Assembly: GCA_041641295.1 (NCBI GenBank)
Contig: JBEPYO010000001.1
Coordinates: forward strand, 384,001-448,000
Reading direction: 5' to 3'
DNA: 64,000 bases
Source: Nitrososphaerota archaeon
GTDB taxonomy: Archaea > Thermoproteota > Nitrososphaeria_A > Caldarchaeales > Calditenuaceae
Part shown: in pieces, positions 29,481 to 39,278 of the stretch
How positions within the stretch are numbered: the first letter of the stretch is position 1
Layout of the letters: each line of letters opens with the position of its first letter
Notes under the pieces: model-generated
The model's database searches: none
What the model was told of the DNA's origin: nothing
What the model saw: the letters and a program-made list of their open reading frames with translations, nothing else
Program-made: the position numbers and the translations under genes

Positions 29481-29754
29481 GATTTCTCCACAAAGCCTCC
29501 AAGTGACGCCCGATGAGCTTAGAGAGGCGGTTGCAGGCGAGCTCAGCAAGCTTGGTGGATGGCTCGCACTTGCTGAGGCGGGCATCTCTGTTAGAAGGAC
29601 TGGTAGGGATGGAGGCAAGTTTATACTTAGATGCAGTTTAAAGTCGATCCCGCTGGTCCTCCTCGCCCTCACAACGGTTCAGAGCCTAAAAGGGGAGCGT
29701 GTAAGGCTGGACGTCACGGGGATTAGCGGAACGATAAAGGGTCTAAGGAGATAG
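29446..29754 (+). CDS. rnp2: RNase P protein Pop5/Rpp14
   Basis: KKRYL, ILRC, GISGTIK; probable TTG start at 29446. Confidence 0.85.
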   Translation: MLRAKKRYLMVRISPQSLQVTPDELREAVAGELSKLGGWLALAEAGISVRRTGRDGGKFILRCSLKSIPLVLLALTTVQSLKGERVRLDVTGISGTIKGLRR

Positions 29755-29771
29755 TCTGAGAGCGTCAAGGC

Positions 29772-30671
29772 CTATTCCTGACTCTTACCACACTTCGGAC
29801 AGAATATGGTACCTTCAGGTATTGCTGCGCCGCAGAACTTGCATTGAGGGCTAGAGTAGACCCCAGCCTCACGCTTCTTCTCAATCCTCTTAGCTATCTG
29901 CAGAGAGACCTCCATCATCACGACCAATGGGAGGAAGAGAACCGTGTTACCGACAAGCCAGCCGTCAGGCGTTATAAATGCGATGATTAAATAGAGTATA
30001 CCGTAAAAGTAGACTCTGTTCCTCGAGAGTATGCTTGAGCTGAGTATGCCGAGTCTTACTAGTAGTACGAAGATTGCAGGGGCCGTGAATAAAAGCCCCA
30101 TGGAACCAACCGTAGAGAAGACGAACATGTAGTAGTCCCCGGCCTCTATCAGCCGCAGCTCGGGTGAGATGCCGATAATGTCGGCGAATATTGCCATGAA
30201 CCTGATGATTAGTGGGACGACGATGAAGTAGCTGAAGAGCGCGCCCATCGCGAAGAGGCCGATAAAAGCTGTGAGAAACGGCCATATGAGACGTCTCTCT
30301 TGAGGGTATAGCGCGGGGTTGACGTAGGCGTAAATCTCGTAGCCTATCACCGGGATAACTGTGATAAATGCGACTAGTGCCGCAGCTATGAAGTATATCT
30401 CGAGGGGTGAGACGAGGCGGCCCGGAATTATCCTAAAATATCCACCAGCCAGTGATACCGTGAACTCTAAGACGAAACTGATTGCAGGCTTGTACTCACC
30501 CGTCAAAAGTGTACTGATCCCTGAGAGCGAGAGGTTTGAAGGAAAGGCAAGCCAGAAGATTAGAGCGACCACGTAACTTATCGCGACCATCTTTAGCCTA
30601 TCCCTAAGCTCTAGTAGGTGCTCCGTGAATGTCATCTCGTTCGGGTTCTTCCTCTCCCTCTTCCTCCCCAT
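29772..30671 (-). CDS. tatC: Twin-arginine translocase TatC with C-terminal zinc ribbon
   Basis: MTFTEHLLELRDR, PALYPQER, ITPD; tail CKFCG...FCPKCG. Confidence 0.93.
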   Translation of the reverse strand: MGRKRERKNPNEMTFTEHLLELRDRLKMVAISYVVALIFWLAFPSNLSLSGISTLLTGEYKPAISFVLEFTVSLAGGYFRIIPGRLVSPLEIYFIAAALVAFITVIPVIGYEIYAYVNPALYPQERRLIWPFLTAFIGLFAMGALFSYFIVVPLIIRFMAIFADIIGISPELRLIEAGDYYMFVFSTVGSMGLLFTAPAIFVLLVRLGILSSSILSRNRVYFYGILYLIIAFITPDGWLVGNTVLFLPLVVMMEVSLQIAKRIEKKREAGVYSSPQCKFCGAAIPEGTIFCPKCGKSQE

Positions 30672-30735
30672 TCCAATAGCCGAATGCTAGCTGGGACACG
30701 ATGGATATAAATTAGTCGCGGCCTTCGAATATATA

Positions 30736-31209
30736 TTGATGGACGCTGCACGACAGCTCTTCCAATCCAACATAATGGCCGCCTCAGCGGTCATCATAAT
30801 GAACGTTATCGGTAGCTACGTCTCTTCAATAGGCGCTGGGATGGCATGTCCAGACTGGCCTCTCTGCCCACCCCCAGACAGTTTCCACGTGTTGATGGAG
30901 TTTCTCCACCGTGTTTGGGGGCTTGTCGTAATCGCCACCATCACCCTATCAGTCCTGCGGGCTAGACGCGTCAACGCCGTAAGGGAGCTGAGGGTCGCCA
31001 AGATCCTGGTCTACACAAGCCTCGTAGTAGTGATGGTACAAGTAGGCCTAGGGGCGATTGTTATCTTCACAGCCCTGCTCCCCGAGCTGGTGGCTCTACA
31101 CCAGCTACTAGCGCAGACAATCCTATCACTACAGGTGGCTGCGGCTGGGATTAGCTGGGCTGCGACCACCAAGCGTGTTGAGAAGGAGCAGATAACAGCG
31201 AAAGGCTGA
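30736..31209 (+). CDS. ctaA: Half-size heme A synthase (CtaA/COX15)
   Basis: GAGMACPDWPLC, EFLHR, QVGLGA, ALH; four TM helices. Confidence 0.85.
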   Translation: MMDAARQLFQSNIMAASAVIIMNVIGSYVSSIGAGMACPDWPLCPPPDSFHVLMEFLHRVWGLVVIATITLSVLRARRVNAVRELRVAKILVYTSLVVVMVQVGLGAIVIFTALLPELVALHQLLAQTILSLQVAAAGISWAATTKRVEKEQITAKG

Positions 31210-31217
31210 AGCCTACA

Positions 31218-31373
31218 CTATTCTTTCTCTTCAGCCTCTTTCTCGCCCTTCTTCATCTCTTTGCGGAGCTCTCCAAGACTCCGGGCAAATTTTAGGATAG
31301 TATCAGGCTTGAAGAAGATTATCAGTAGGAAAATGACGACAATTATCAGGAAGGCCTCGAGCGGTGATATCAT
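31218..31373 (-). CDS. tatA: Small TatA/E-like subunit (51 aa)
   Basis: Manual translation MISPLEAFLIIVVIFLLIIFFKPDTILKFARSLGELRKEMKKGEKEAEEKE; not in ORF track. Confidence 0.8.
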   Translation of the reverse strand: MISPLEAFLIIVVIFLLIIFFKPDTILKFARSLGELRKEMKKGEKEAEEKE

Positions 31374-31375
31374 AT

Positions 31376-31678
31376 CTAGGTGGACGCTAGCCTAGCTTTT
31401 ATCTCTTGGACTAGGGCTTCTCGGCTCTTACCCTCGGTAGAGATTCCCAGAGTCTTAGCCACCTCTAGCAGCTTCTCGTCGGGAAGGGATCCCACCTCAC
31501 TAGACTGTACTGTCTTTCCATGCTCCTCCAAGGATGTCGCCTCTTTACTGGCCTTCTCGAACTCCTTTTTGGCTTGTCCGAAAGCCTTCGCTATCTTAGG
31601 AAGCCTTTCAGGGCCCCAAAGGAATAGGATTAGAAGCACCGCGACGACTATTAACCACTCAAAACCCTGAAATGCCAA
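31376..31678 (-). CDS. tatA: TatA/TatB-family subunit
   Basis: EWLIV..LILFLWGPERLPKIAKAFGQAKKEF, LGISTEGK tail. Confidence 0.88.
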   Translation of the reverse strand: MAFQGFEWLIVVAVLLILFLWGPERLPKIAKAFGQAKKEFEKASKEATSLEEHGKTVQSSEVGSLPDEKLLEVAKTLGISTEGKSREALVQEIKARLAST

Positions 31679-31727
31679 CCCTACTTCACCCCTAGTCTTC
31701 AAACCCCCTATTTAAGTGTTCGTGAAA

Positions 31728-32189
31728 TTACTCAGTTATCCATGCGTGAGAACCGTCGACGTAGACCTCTTTCTTGAAGAGTGCGGGCTCCTTCTTGTAT
31801 CTCTCGACGGCTTCGCGGAGGGCGTTGAAGACTGAGGCCCTATGCCTTCCGGCGACGGCTACTAGCACTACGGGCTCGCCCGCTTTGAATCTACCATAGA
31901 GGTGCCAGATTCCGACGTATGATACGCCATGTTTCTCTGAGACCTCGCGGCATATCCTGTAGATTTCCAGGTTTGCGTTCTCCTCATATGCCTCGATCTC
32001 GAGATACTTGACCTCCTTTCCCGTACGGCTTTCGCGTCTAGCTACGCCGAGAAATATAGCCACTGCGCCTGCGTTGCCAGACTCGTAGATGCGCGACAAG
32101 TTTGATAATAGTTCGCCGATCCTGAGCTCGTGTTCTGCATAGACTCCCGGGCGCGGTAGGCCCTTCAGTCCAGCCTCCTCCAGACTCAC
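31728..32189 (-). CDS. moaE: Molybdopterin synthase catalytic subunit
   Basis: GAVAIFLG..R, H..G, HR..F, FKKE. Confidence 0.92.
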   Translation of the reverse strand: MSLEEAGLKGLPRPGVYAEHELRIGELLSNLSRIYESGNAGAVAIFLGVARRESRTGKEVKYLEIEAYEENANLEIYRICREVSEKHGVSYVGIWHLYGRFKAGEPVVLVAVAGRHRASVFNALREAVERYKKEPALFKKEVYVDGSHAWITE

Positions 32190-33253
32190 TGCGCCCCCCT
32201 CCTGACCGCCAGTACGCTTAGTGCAGCGGCTACGCGTCTCGCTAGGCTCCTGAAGCTCTCAGCAGCCTCAGATTCTGGATGCGAGACTATGATTGGTATA
32301 CCTTCGTCGCTATTCTCGCGGAGTATGGGCATTAACGGTATTTCAGCAAGTAGTGGGACGCCTATGTCTTCAGCTGACCTTGCCCCACCTCCCTTGCCAA
32401 AGATGTACTCTTTCCGCCCGCAGCCCGGGCAGATGTAGTAGGACATGTTCTCTACTATTCCCAGGATCTCAACCCCGAGTTTCTGAAACATTCTGAGGGC
32501 TTTGATAGCTATGTCTAGGGATGCCTGCTGGGGGGTGGTTACGATTATGGCACCTGTTATGGGTATTGTCTGGGCGAGTGTTAGGGGTGCATCACCAGTT
32601 CCGGGAGGCAGGTCTACGATAAGGTAGTCCAATTCACCCCAATCGACCTCTAATAGCATCTGCCGCACAGCACCACCCACAAGCGGCCCCCTCCAGATAA
32701 TTGGTGTGTCGTCAGTTACGACTAGGCCCATAGACATCATCTTCAATCCTAAAGGCCCTTCGGCAGGTGAGATCTTCCCTTTCCCCCTTGCCTCGAACCT
32801 GTATGATCGTATAAAGCGTGTGAGGCTTGAGCCGTATATGTCGGCGTCAAGTATCCCTACGGCGGCTCCGGTCTCTGAGAGAGCAATGGCGAGGTTGGCG
32901 GCTACTGTAGTCTTGCCTACACCACCTTTTCCACTCCCCACCGCGACGACATTCTTTATACCGGGGATCTCTGAGGGGACAGGCCGCATTCCCCAGCCCT
33001 GCCTAACCCTCGCAGTAACCCTCATGTTCACAGACCTGACCCCCGGCACCCCCTCCACAGCGCTCCTCGCCATCTTCTCTATCTGGGCATTGAAGGGGCA
33101 GGCGGGCGTCGTCAACTCCAGCGTAAAGGAGACTTCACCATCCCTCACGCTCAAATCCCTAATCATCCCCATGCTCACAATATCCATGCCCAGTTCAGGA
33201 TCCTTAACCCCCCTAAGGGCCTCTAGAACCTCCCTTTCAGTCGGCTTGGTCAA
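32186..33253 (-). CDS. mrp: Mrp/NBP35 Fe-S carrier ATPase with N-terminal DUF59
   Basis: DPELG..IV, TTPACP, GKGGVGKT, DLPPGTGD, ENMS..CP.C. Confidence 0.94.
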   Translation of the reverse strand: MTKPTEREVLEALRGVKDPELGMDIVSMGMIRDLSVRDGEVSFTLELTTPACPFNAQIEKMARSAVEGVPGVRSVNMRVTARVRQGWGMRPVPSEIPGIKNVVAVGSGKGGVGKTTVAANLAIALSETGAAVGILDADIYGSSLTRFIRSYRFEARGKGKISPAEGPLGLKMMSMGLVVTDDTPIIWRGPLVGGAVRQMLLEVDWGELDYLIVDLPPGTGDAPLTLAQTIPITGAIIVTTPQQASLDIAIKALRMFQKLGVEILGIVENMSYYICPGCGRKEYIFGKGGGARSAEDIGVPLLAEIPLMPILRENSDEGIPIIVSHPESEAAESFRSLARRVAAALSVLAVRRGAQ

Positions 33254-33368
33254 CCAAATGTCATGTGGTATCGCTTATTTAAAAAACGAATCCCTAAAAC
33301 ACGACAATGAGAGTCTATACAAACGGTATATAAACAAGAATACGGGTGTATGCGTTTGAATAAAGGCC

Positions 33369-34931
33369 ATGACGATGCTAGAGTCTAGCCAGCTTGGCAA
33401 GCCCAGTCTAAGGCTGAGCAGCTACTTCGACGACCTCTACACCCTCAACGAGGAGGGGGTGCCGGTCTTTAAGATGTTTATAAACGGCGAGTGGGTGGAG
33501 AGCCAGACTGGAGAGACATTCCCAGTAGACACCCCCATCGACGACAGTGTTGTGGCGTATGCACAGAAGGGGGGCGACCTCGACGTTGATGCCGCTGTCA
33601 GCGCCTCCCGCGATGCGAGGCCGAAGATACGGTCCATAGCTGCGATCGACAGGATAGAGATTTTCCACGAAACGGCCAAGATAATTGAGGACCACATAGA
33701 GGACTTTGTTAACGTCCTAATGCTTGAGGCGGGTAAACCCCGTGCAGACGCGGTAGGAGAGATAACAGCAGTTATTGAGCGTATGAAGATGACGATGGAG
33801 GATGTCTCCAAGGTTGGAGGCGAGTATAGGCCCGGTGACTGGTCCGCTGACACGATGGGCAAGGTTGCGATCGTCCTCCGGGAACCCATCGGGACAGTAG
33901 GCGCCATAGGCCCCTTCAACTACCCCCTCTACATACCCGCGGCCAAGATCATACCAGCCCTCCTCTCAGGGAACACGGTCGTCGTTAAACCAGCAAGCGA
34001 CACACCTCTAAGCCAGCTACTACTCGCCAAGGCTCTCGAGGAGGCTGGGGTTCCAAAGGGGGCGCTCAACGTCGTTACAGGCCCAGGGCGTGTTGGTGCG
34101 AGGATAGCGGCACATGAGGACGTAGGCATGATATCCTTCACGGGGAGCACAGAGGTTGGCAGGGAGATCGCGAGGATCGCGGCAAATAAGCGGCTCCACC
34201 TCGAGCTTGGAGGCAAAGCGTATGCAATCGTTCTGGATGACGCGGATATAGCATTAGCCGCCAATAGATGTGTTGCAGGCTCTCTGAGAAATGCTGGTCA
34301 GAGGTGCGACGCAGTCAGTGCAATACTGGTGGTCGAATCTGTGGCAGATGAGTTCGTGGATAAGGTGTTAGCCGAGGTTGATAAGATAAAGTTTGGCGAC
34401 CCGCGGATTGAGGGTGTCAACATGGGCCCGCTAATTAACAGGGCTGCCGCAGAGAGGGTCAACGCCCTCGTGAGGGACGCGGTAGCTAAGGGTGCAAAGC
34501 TGCTTAGGGGAGGGAGCTATAAGGGCTGCTATCATGAGCCGACCGTACTCGACAGGGTTCCGCAGGAAGCCAGGATCTTATGGGAGGAGACATTCGGCCC
34601 AGTAGTAACAATAGCTAGAGTCAAGGATGAGAATGAGGCAATAGCGATAGCTTCTAGGAGCAGATATGGCTTGGACAGCTGTGTATTCACGAACAACTTC
34701 TACAGGATGTGGAGGGTGGCGAAGTCGCTCCAGACCGGTGCCGTGACAATAAATGATTTTCCACGCCACGGAGTCGGCTACTTCCCATTTGGAGGAGTTA
34801 AGGACTCAGGGCTGGGTAGAGAGGGTATAGGATACTCGATCGAAGAGATGATGGTTCTCAAAACCATCGTATTCAACTTGGAGCCGGCTCAGCTCGGTAA
34901 GGTAAGGAGGCCAAAGCAGAAGCATCACTAG
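33369..34931 (+). CDS. gapN: Non-phosphorylating glyceraldehyde-3-phosphate dehydrogenase (ALDH family)
   Basis: PGDW, PFNYP, FTGST, ELGGK, GQRCDA, EETFGP, PRHGVGYFPFGG. Confidence 0.87.
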   Translation: MTMLESSQLGKPSLRLSSYFDDLYTLNEEGVPVFKMFINGEWVESQTGETFPVDTPIDDSVVAYAQKGGDLDVDAAVSASRDARPKIRSIAAIDRIEIFHETAKIIEDHIEDFVNVLMLEAGKPRADAVGEITAVIERMKMTMEDVSKVGGEYRPGDWSADTMGKVAIVLREPIGTVGAIGPFNYPLYIPAAKIIPALLSGNTVVVKPASDTPLSQLLLAKALEEAGVPKGALNVVTGPGRVGARIAAHEDVGMISFTGSTEVGREIARIAANKRLHLELGGKAYAIVLDDADIALAANRCVAGSLRNAGQRCDAVSAILVVESVADEFVDKVLAEVDKIKFGDPRIEGVNMGPLINRAAAERVNALVRDAVAKGAKLLRGGSYKGCYHEPTVLDRVPQEARILWEETFGPVVTIARVKDENEAIAIASRSRYGLDSCVFTNNFYRMWRVAKSLQTGAVTINDFPRHGVGYFPFGGVKDSGLGREGIGYSIEEMMVLKTIVFNLEPAQLGKVRRPKQKHH

Positions 34932-35464
34932 ACACTGTTGAGATAGATACTCATCAGCAGTGCAGCTATACTTTTCAAGTCTCTAATTCTTCCATTCCGA
35001 ATAGCGTCTAAAACCTGTTCGCGTGTTAGCCTGATGACCTTGATGTTCTCATCCACATCATGTCTCGGTACGCCGGCTGTGGATGCCCGACCCGCGAATA
35101 TGTATAGTCGCTCGGTTGTGTATCCGGGGGTTGTGTAGGTCTCTGAGAGAAGTCTTAGACCATCTGCCTTCAACCCTGTCTCCTCTTCAAGCTCTCTCTC
35201 CGCGCACCTAGCCGGCTCCTCACCCTCCTCAAGCGTACCCGCAGGTATCTCGAGAGTCTCCTCGCCCACGCCAATCCTGTATTGAGACACCAGAAGAAAC
35301 CTCCCCTCAGCATCAGTCGCCACTATTGCCACAGATCCAGGATGCTCGACCACCTCTCTCACAACCTCCCGCTCATCATACTTCGCCCTGACACGCCTAA
35401 CGGAGACGAGCTTACCACTATAGACTAGCTCGCTGGAGACGATTTGGGGTGGACGGCTCATCAC
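34928..35464 (-). CDS. NUDIX hydrolase, ADP-ribose pyrophosphatase-like
   Basis: REVVEHPG, QYR, EIPAG..E.GE...CA.RELEEETG. Confidence 0.9.
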   Translation of the reverse strand: MMSRPPQIVSSELVYSGKLVSVRRVRAKYDEREVVREVVEHPGSVAIVATDAEGRFLLVSQYRIGVGEETLEIPAGTLEEGEEPARCAERELEEETGLKADGLRLLSETYTTPGYTTERLYIFAGRASTAGVPRHDVDENIKVIRLTREQVLDAIRNGRIRDLKSIAALLMSIYLNSV

Positions 35465-35524
35465 AGTTTCACGGATTTCTCATACGGAGATGTTTTTATA
35501 AATTAGCGGCGATGTGGTAATCCC

Positions 35525-36754
35525 GTGAAGATCTTAATTGTTCTCTTGGACGGTGTGGGTGATAGGCCTTCACGCATTTTGAACGGCCTGACACCTCTTC
35601 AGGCTGCACGTATTCCATTTCTGAACGGCCTTGCACGCGAGGGTATTAACGGCATAATGGACCCAGTCGCGCCGGGAATCCCGGTTGGGAGCGATACGGG
35701 CCACCTATCAATCCTCGGCTATGACCCCTACAAGTATTATCCTGGCAGGGGGCCCTTCGAGGCGCTGGGCGCTGGCATCAAGCTCAAACCCGGTGACGTG
35801 GCTTTTAGATGCAATTTCGCCACAGTTAGTGATGATGGACGGGTTGTGGATAGGAGGGCGGGCCGTATAAGCAGCCAAGAGGCCGCCCAGCTTGTCGAGA
35901 GCCTCAAAGAGGTTGTGGAGGTAGACGGAATAGAGGTCTTGCTGAAACACACTGTTGAGCACAGGTCTGTCCTCGTGCTACGAGGAGAAGTCTCCGACAA
36001 GATCTCGGACGTCGACCCGCATAAAGATGGGGCAGTAATCCACTGGCCTAAGCCCCTGGACAATTCCCGGGAGGCGGAGAGGACAGCAGAGGCCTTGACT
36101 AAGCTCCTCAAAAAATATAGGCAGATACTTGAGGGCCACCCAGTAAATGCTAGGAGGCGTGAGGCAGGTTTACCAATCGCCAATATGCTGCTGCCGCGCG
36201 GAGCAGGGAAGATGCCGAATTTGCCATCTCTCTCCGAGCGATTCGGTGTTAGAGCCGCTGTTATAGCTGGCGGAGCTCTCTACAAGGGAGTGTGCAGCTC
36301 TGTGGGCATGGACGTGGTCGAGGCACCGGGAGCAACCGGCACACTAAACACCGATTTGGACTCCAAGTTCAAAACAGCGTTCAAAGCCATGGGCGATTAC
36401 GACCTAGTCTTCCTCCACATTAAGGGGACAGACACAGCAGCCCATGACAAGGACCCGGCCACGAAGGCAGCATTCGTAGAGAAGATCGACACAGCTTTTG
36501 CAAAAAACTATAACCCTCCACGCGACGAATTCATCGTCTGCGTCACAGGCGACCACACAACCAGCTCTCTCACCGGTGAGCATAGGGGAGACCCGGTACC
36601 GGTGCTGATTTGGGGACACGGCGTGAGGGTGGACTACGTAAACAGATTTAACGAGGTTGACTCGGCCCGTGGCGCTCTCGGACGGATAAAGGGCACGGAC
36701 CTGATGAATATTCTGATGGACCTGGCAAACAGGACCGAGAAGTTCGGCGAATAG
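35525..36754 (+). CDS. apgM: Cofactor-independent phosphoglycerate mutase (archaeal type)
   Basis: [38 protein letters not shown]. Confidence 0.95.
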   Translation: MKILIVLLDGVGDRPSRILNGLTPLQAARIPFLNGLAREGINGIMDPVAPGIPVGSDTGHLSILGYDPYKYYPGRGPFEALGAGIKLKPGDVAFRCNFATVSDDGRVVDRRAGRISSQEAAQLVESLKEVVEVDGIEVLLKHTVEHRSVLVLRGEVSDKISDVDPHKDGAVIHWPKPLDNSREAERTAEALTKLLKKYRQILEGHPVNARRREAGLPIANMLLPRGAGKMPNLPSLSERFGVRAAVIAGGALYKGVCSSVGMDVVEAPGATGTLNTDLDSKFKTAFKAMGDYDLVFLHIKGTDTAAHDKDPATKAAFVEKIDTAFAKNYNPPRDEFIVCVTGDHTTSSLTGEHRGDPVPVLIWGHGVRVDYVNRFNEVDSARGALGRIKGTDLMNILMDLANRTEKFGE

Positions 36755-36759
36755 AGGAC

Positions 36760-36951
36760 CTACCCTCTCCGCAAAACAGTTCTGCGGAGAAGCACCTCCG
36801 CCTCCTTCCTATACTCAGTCTCGAGCCCGCATCTTAGTCGTAAATAATCCTCTAAGCCCAGCACCCCATCTTGAAACTCCTTTTTGGCGCTCCAAATCCT
36901 TTCTGAGAGCTCTCTCAGATGGTTTTCAATTCTTAACGGTGGCAGCCTCAA
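36760..36951 (-). CDS. Small hypothetical helical protein
   Basis: TTGA overlap with the rps19e stop; fills the gap. Confidence 0.55.
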   Translation of the reverse strand: MRLPPLRIENHLRELSERIWSAKKEFQDGVLGLEDYLRLRCGLETEYRKEAEVLLRRTVLRRG

Positions 36952-37379
36952 GCCTTACCTGCCTGTCTCTTCAATATGCTCTCACTGATCTCTTCGAGTA
37001 ACTGTCTGCCCTTCTTCGTCAATACTCTACCCTTCTTAGACTTCTCCACCAGCCCAGCGCTCTCCAACTGCTGGAGGGCTTTTCTGATAACACTACCGCT
37101 GCCCGGCGCGAAGTGGGGGTTTCTATGACCCATCCTATGTCTCCCACCATACATCTTCCTCAGACGCGAGACCCCCAGCCCCTTCTCGTGGATATACAGT
37201 TTCCGCAATATTGCTGCACACCTCACATACCACCAGTCAGGGTCGGATGGGGGCCTGTCCTTAGAGACTCCCGTCTTTACAAATAGCGCCCATTTAGGCA
37301 TGGATACTATCCGATTCTCCTTGAGGTAGCGGGCTGTTGTCTTGATGAGCTGTAGTGGCTCAACCAGTCTCACACTCAT
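36948..37379 (-). CDS. rps19e: 30S ribosomal protein S19e
   Basis: PKWALFVKTG, DWWYVRCAAILRK, YGG, GSVIRKALQQLE. Confidence 0.96.
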   Translation of the reverse strand: MSVRLVEPLQLIKTTARYLKENRIVSMPKWALFVKTGVSKDRPPSDPDWWYVRCAAILRKLYIHEKGLGVSRLRKMYGGRHRMGHRNPHFAPGSGSVIRKALQQLESAGLVEKSKKGRVLTKKGRQLLEEISESILKRQAGKA

Positions 37380-37502
37380 TTCCCCCGATTTCTGACATGC
37401 TTTTCATTTAAGCCATATTTAACGCTGCCTCAGAGCAGCCTAGTCAGGGCTACGACCTAATGGATTATTCCTTATTAGATGCCTTGAAAATTTGACAAAC
37501 CA

Positions 37503-38147
37503 ATGGACTGGCCCCAACTCATCGCCACCGTTGTCCTCGTCTCCGCATCAGGAGCTCTTGCGCCGGGTCCACTACTTATTGCGACCTTGAGCGAGAGTGT
37601 TAAAAGAGGGGGCCGCGTAGGACTCCTATCAGCCACCGGGCACATGATCGTGGAACTCCCCCTAGTCCTCCTTATAGCCCAGGGCATAGCCTTCCTCCTA
37701 ACCACCGAGGTAATGGCTAGGCTAGCTATAACTGTCGCCGGAATAGCGGCCCTCACATTCTTCGGTCTCAACCAGCTCCGCGAATCCCTCCTAGCAAAAC
37801 CCACTACGACCAATGGACTGGACGCTAAGACGCCTAAGAATGGTGTTGCGATAGGCATAATATTCACTGGGCTAAACCCATACTTCATCACTTGGTGGCT
37901 GACCATCGGTGCAAAGCTGGTCTATGACGCGCTAGCCCTCGCGGCCTGGCTGGGCATCGCCGTGATGTACGCCTCACACATCTGGATCGACTACGCCTGG
38001 CTCTATATCACAGGTAGTCTGGCATGGAGAGGGGGTAGAATACTCGGATCAAAGCTGTTGAGGCTCATAAACATAGTTCTTGGATCCTTCCTCCTAGTCC
38101 TTGCACTTATGATGAGTCTAGAGCTTGTGCCCCTCATATTCTCTTAG
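37503..38147 (+). CDS. LysE-family transporter
   Basis: SGALAPGPL, GHMIVE, NPYF..WW. Confidence 0.88.
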   Translation: MDWPQLIATVVLVSASGALAPGPLLIATLSESVKRGGRVGLLSATGHMIVELPLVLLIAQGIAFLLTTEVMARLAITVAGIAALTFFGLNQLRESLLAKPTTTNGLDAKTPKNGVAIGIIFTGLNPYFITWWLTIGAKLVYDALALAAWLGIAVMYASHIWIDYAWLYITGSLAWRGGRILGSKLLRLINIVLGSFLLVLALMMSLELVPLIFS

Positions 38148-38219
38148 ATATACAGGGAGAATGTCCTTTCGCCTAGGCGACGACCCCGGTATAAATGTGA
38201 ATCTGTCAGATGTATCTGC

Positions 38220-38762
38220 ATGCGCTTCTCATGGTCGAGGGAGTCAAAGCTCTGGTCCAAAATCGAGGAAGTATCCCTCAGCCTCTCAGTCCTGAACAAA
38301 AAGCTCGCAGCGAGAGTAGACCAGATGAGCAGGAGAAACAGAGACCTCTTCGAAGCATGCGTCAAGGCCTATCAGGAAGGCGACACGGAGAGGGCGGCAG
38401 TCTACGCCTCTGAGCTGTCCCAGCTCCGAAAAACATTCAATAACACCCTACGATGCCAGCTCTCCCTGGAGGCAGTGATATACAGGCTTGCGACAGTCAA
38501 AGACCTCGGCGACGTGAGGATGGCCCTTCAGCCGATTAAAGGGATCGTGTCTAAGATTGGCGAAGACCTTCAAGGCGCCCTGCCTGAGGTCAGTGGGCGA
38601 GTATTACGGGTTCAGGAACTCATCGACGATGTTGCGCTCGAGATCGGCTCGGCTGATGATATAGGCTACTCAAAGTTTGAGGCCACAGATGACGAGGCAA
38701 AGCGAATATTGGCTGAAGCAGCCGCCATAGCTAGTCGAAGAGGCGAGCGGAACATAGCCTAG
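38220..38762 (+). CDS. ESCRT-III/CdvB-like (Snf7) protein
   Basis: Helical core RNRDLFEACVKA..GDTERAAVYASELSQLRK..SLEAVIYRL.T, tail DEAKRILAEAA. Confidence 0.78.
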   Translation: MRFSWSRESKLWSKIEEVSLSLSVLNKKLAARVDQMSRRNRDLFEACVKAYQEGDTERAAVYASELSQLRKTFNNTLRCQLSLEAVIYRLATVKDLGDVRMALQPIKGIVSKIGEDLQGALPEVSGRVLRVQELIDDVALEIGSADDIGYSKFEATDDEAKRILAEAAAIASRRGERNIA

Positions 38763-38809
38763 CCACGCAAAGATTTATTCGGAAGAGGCGCCTATAGGCA
38801 AGTGGAGAG

Positions 38810-39271
38810 ATGAAAATAAAGCGATCGTCAGGGGCTGTAGTGTTCAACGACTCAATCGGCGAGAACTACTATCTCGTACTGTTATATGGCGGTGGTCACT
38901 GGGATTTCCCAAAAGGCGGCATAGAAGAGGGAGAGTCTGAGATAGAGACCGCGCTAAGAGAGATTAGAGAAGAGACGAGCCTGCAGAATGTTCAAATCAT
39001 CGAGGGTTTCAAACGAATAATAAGCTACACCTACAAAAGCGACGATGACACAGTATATAAGACGGTCACATTTTTTCTGGGGAGGACCAACGAGTTCCGA
39101 GTAACTCTCAGCAAGGAGCATAAGGCTTATGCTTGGCTAAAATATCCGGACGCACTCACTCAGCTCACATTCAGGACGGCGAAGCAAGTCTTGATGGATG
39201 CCGAGGACTTCCTTAGAAAGAACCACTTCATACATGGTGGCGGAAGATCTTCCATCCGTAATATGAGTTGA
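38810..39271 (+). CDS. NUDIX hydrolase, Ap4A hydrolase-like
   Basis: GHWDFPKG..E.GE...TALREIREET, LSKEH. Confidence 0.9.
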   Translation: MKIKRSSGAVVFNDSIGENYYLVLLYGGGHWDFPKGGIEEGESEIETALREIREETSLQNVQIIEGFKRIISYTYKSDDDTVYKTVTFFLGRTNEFRVTLSKEHKAYAWLKYPDALTQLTFRTAKQVLMDAEDFLRKNHFIHGGGRSSIRNMS

Positions 39272-39278
39272 GGAAAAA

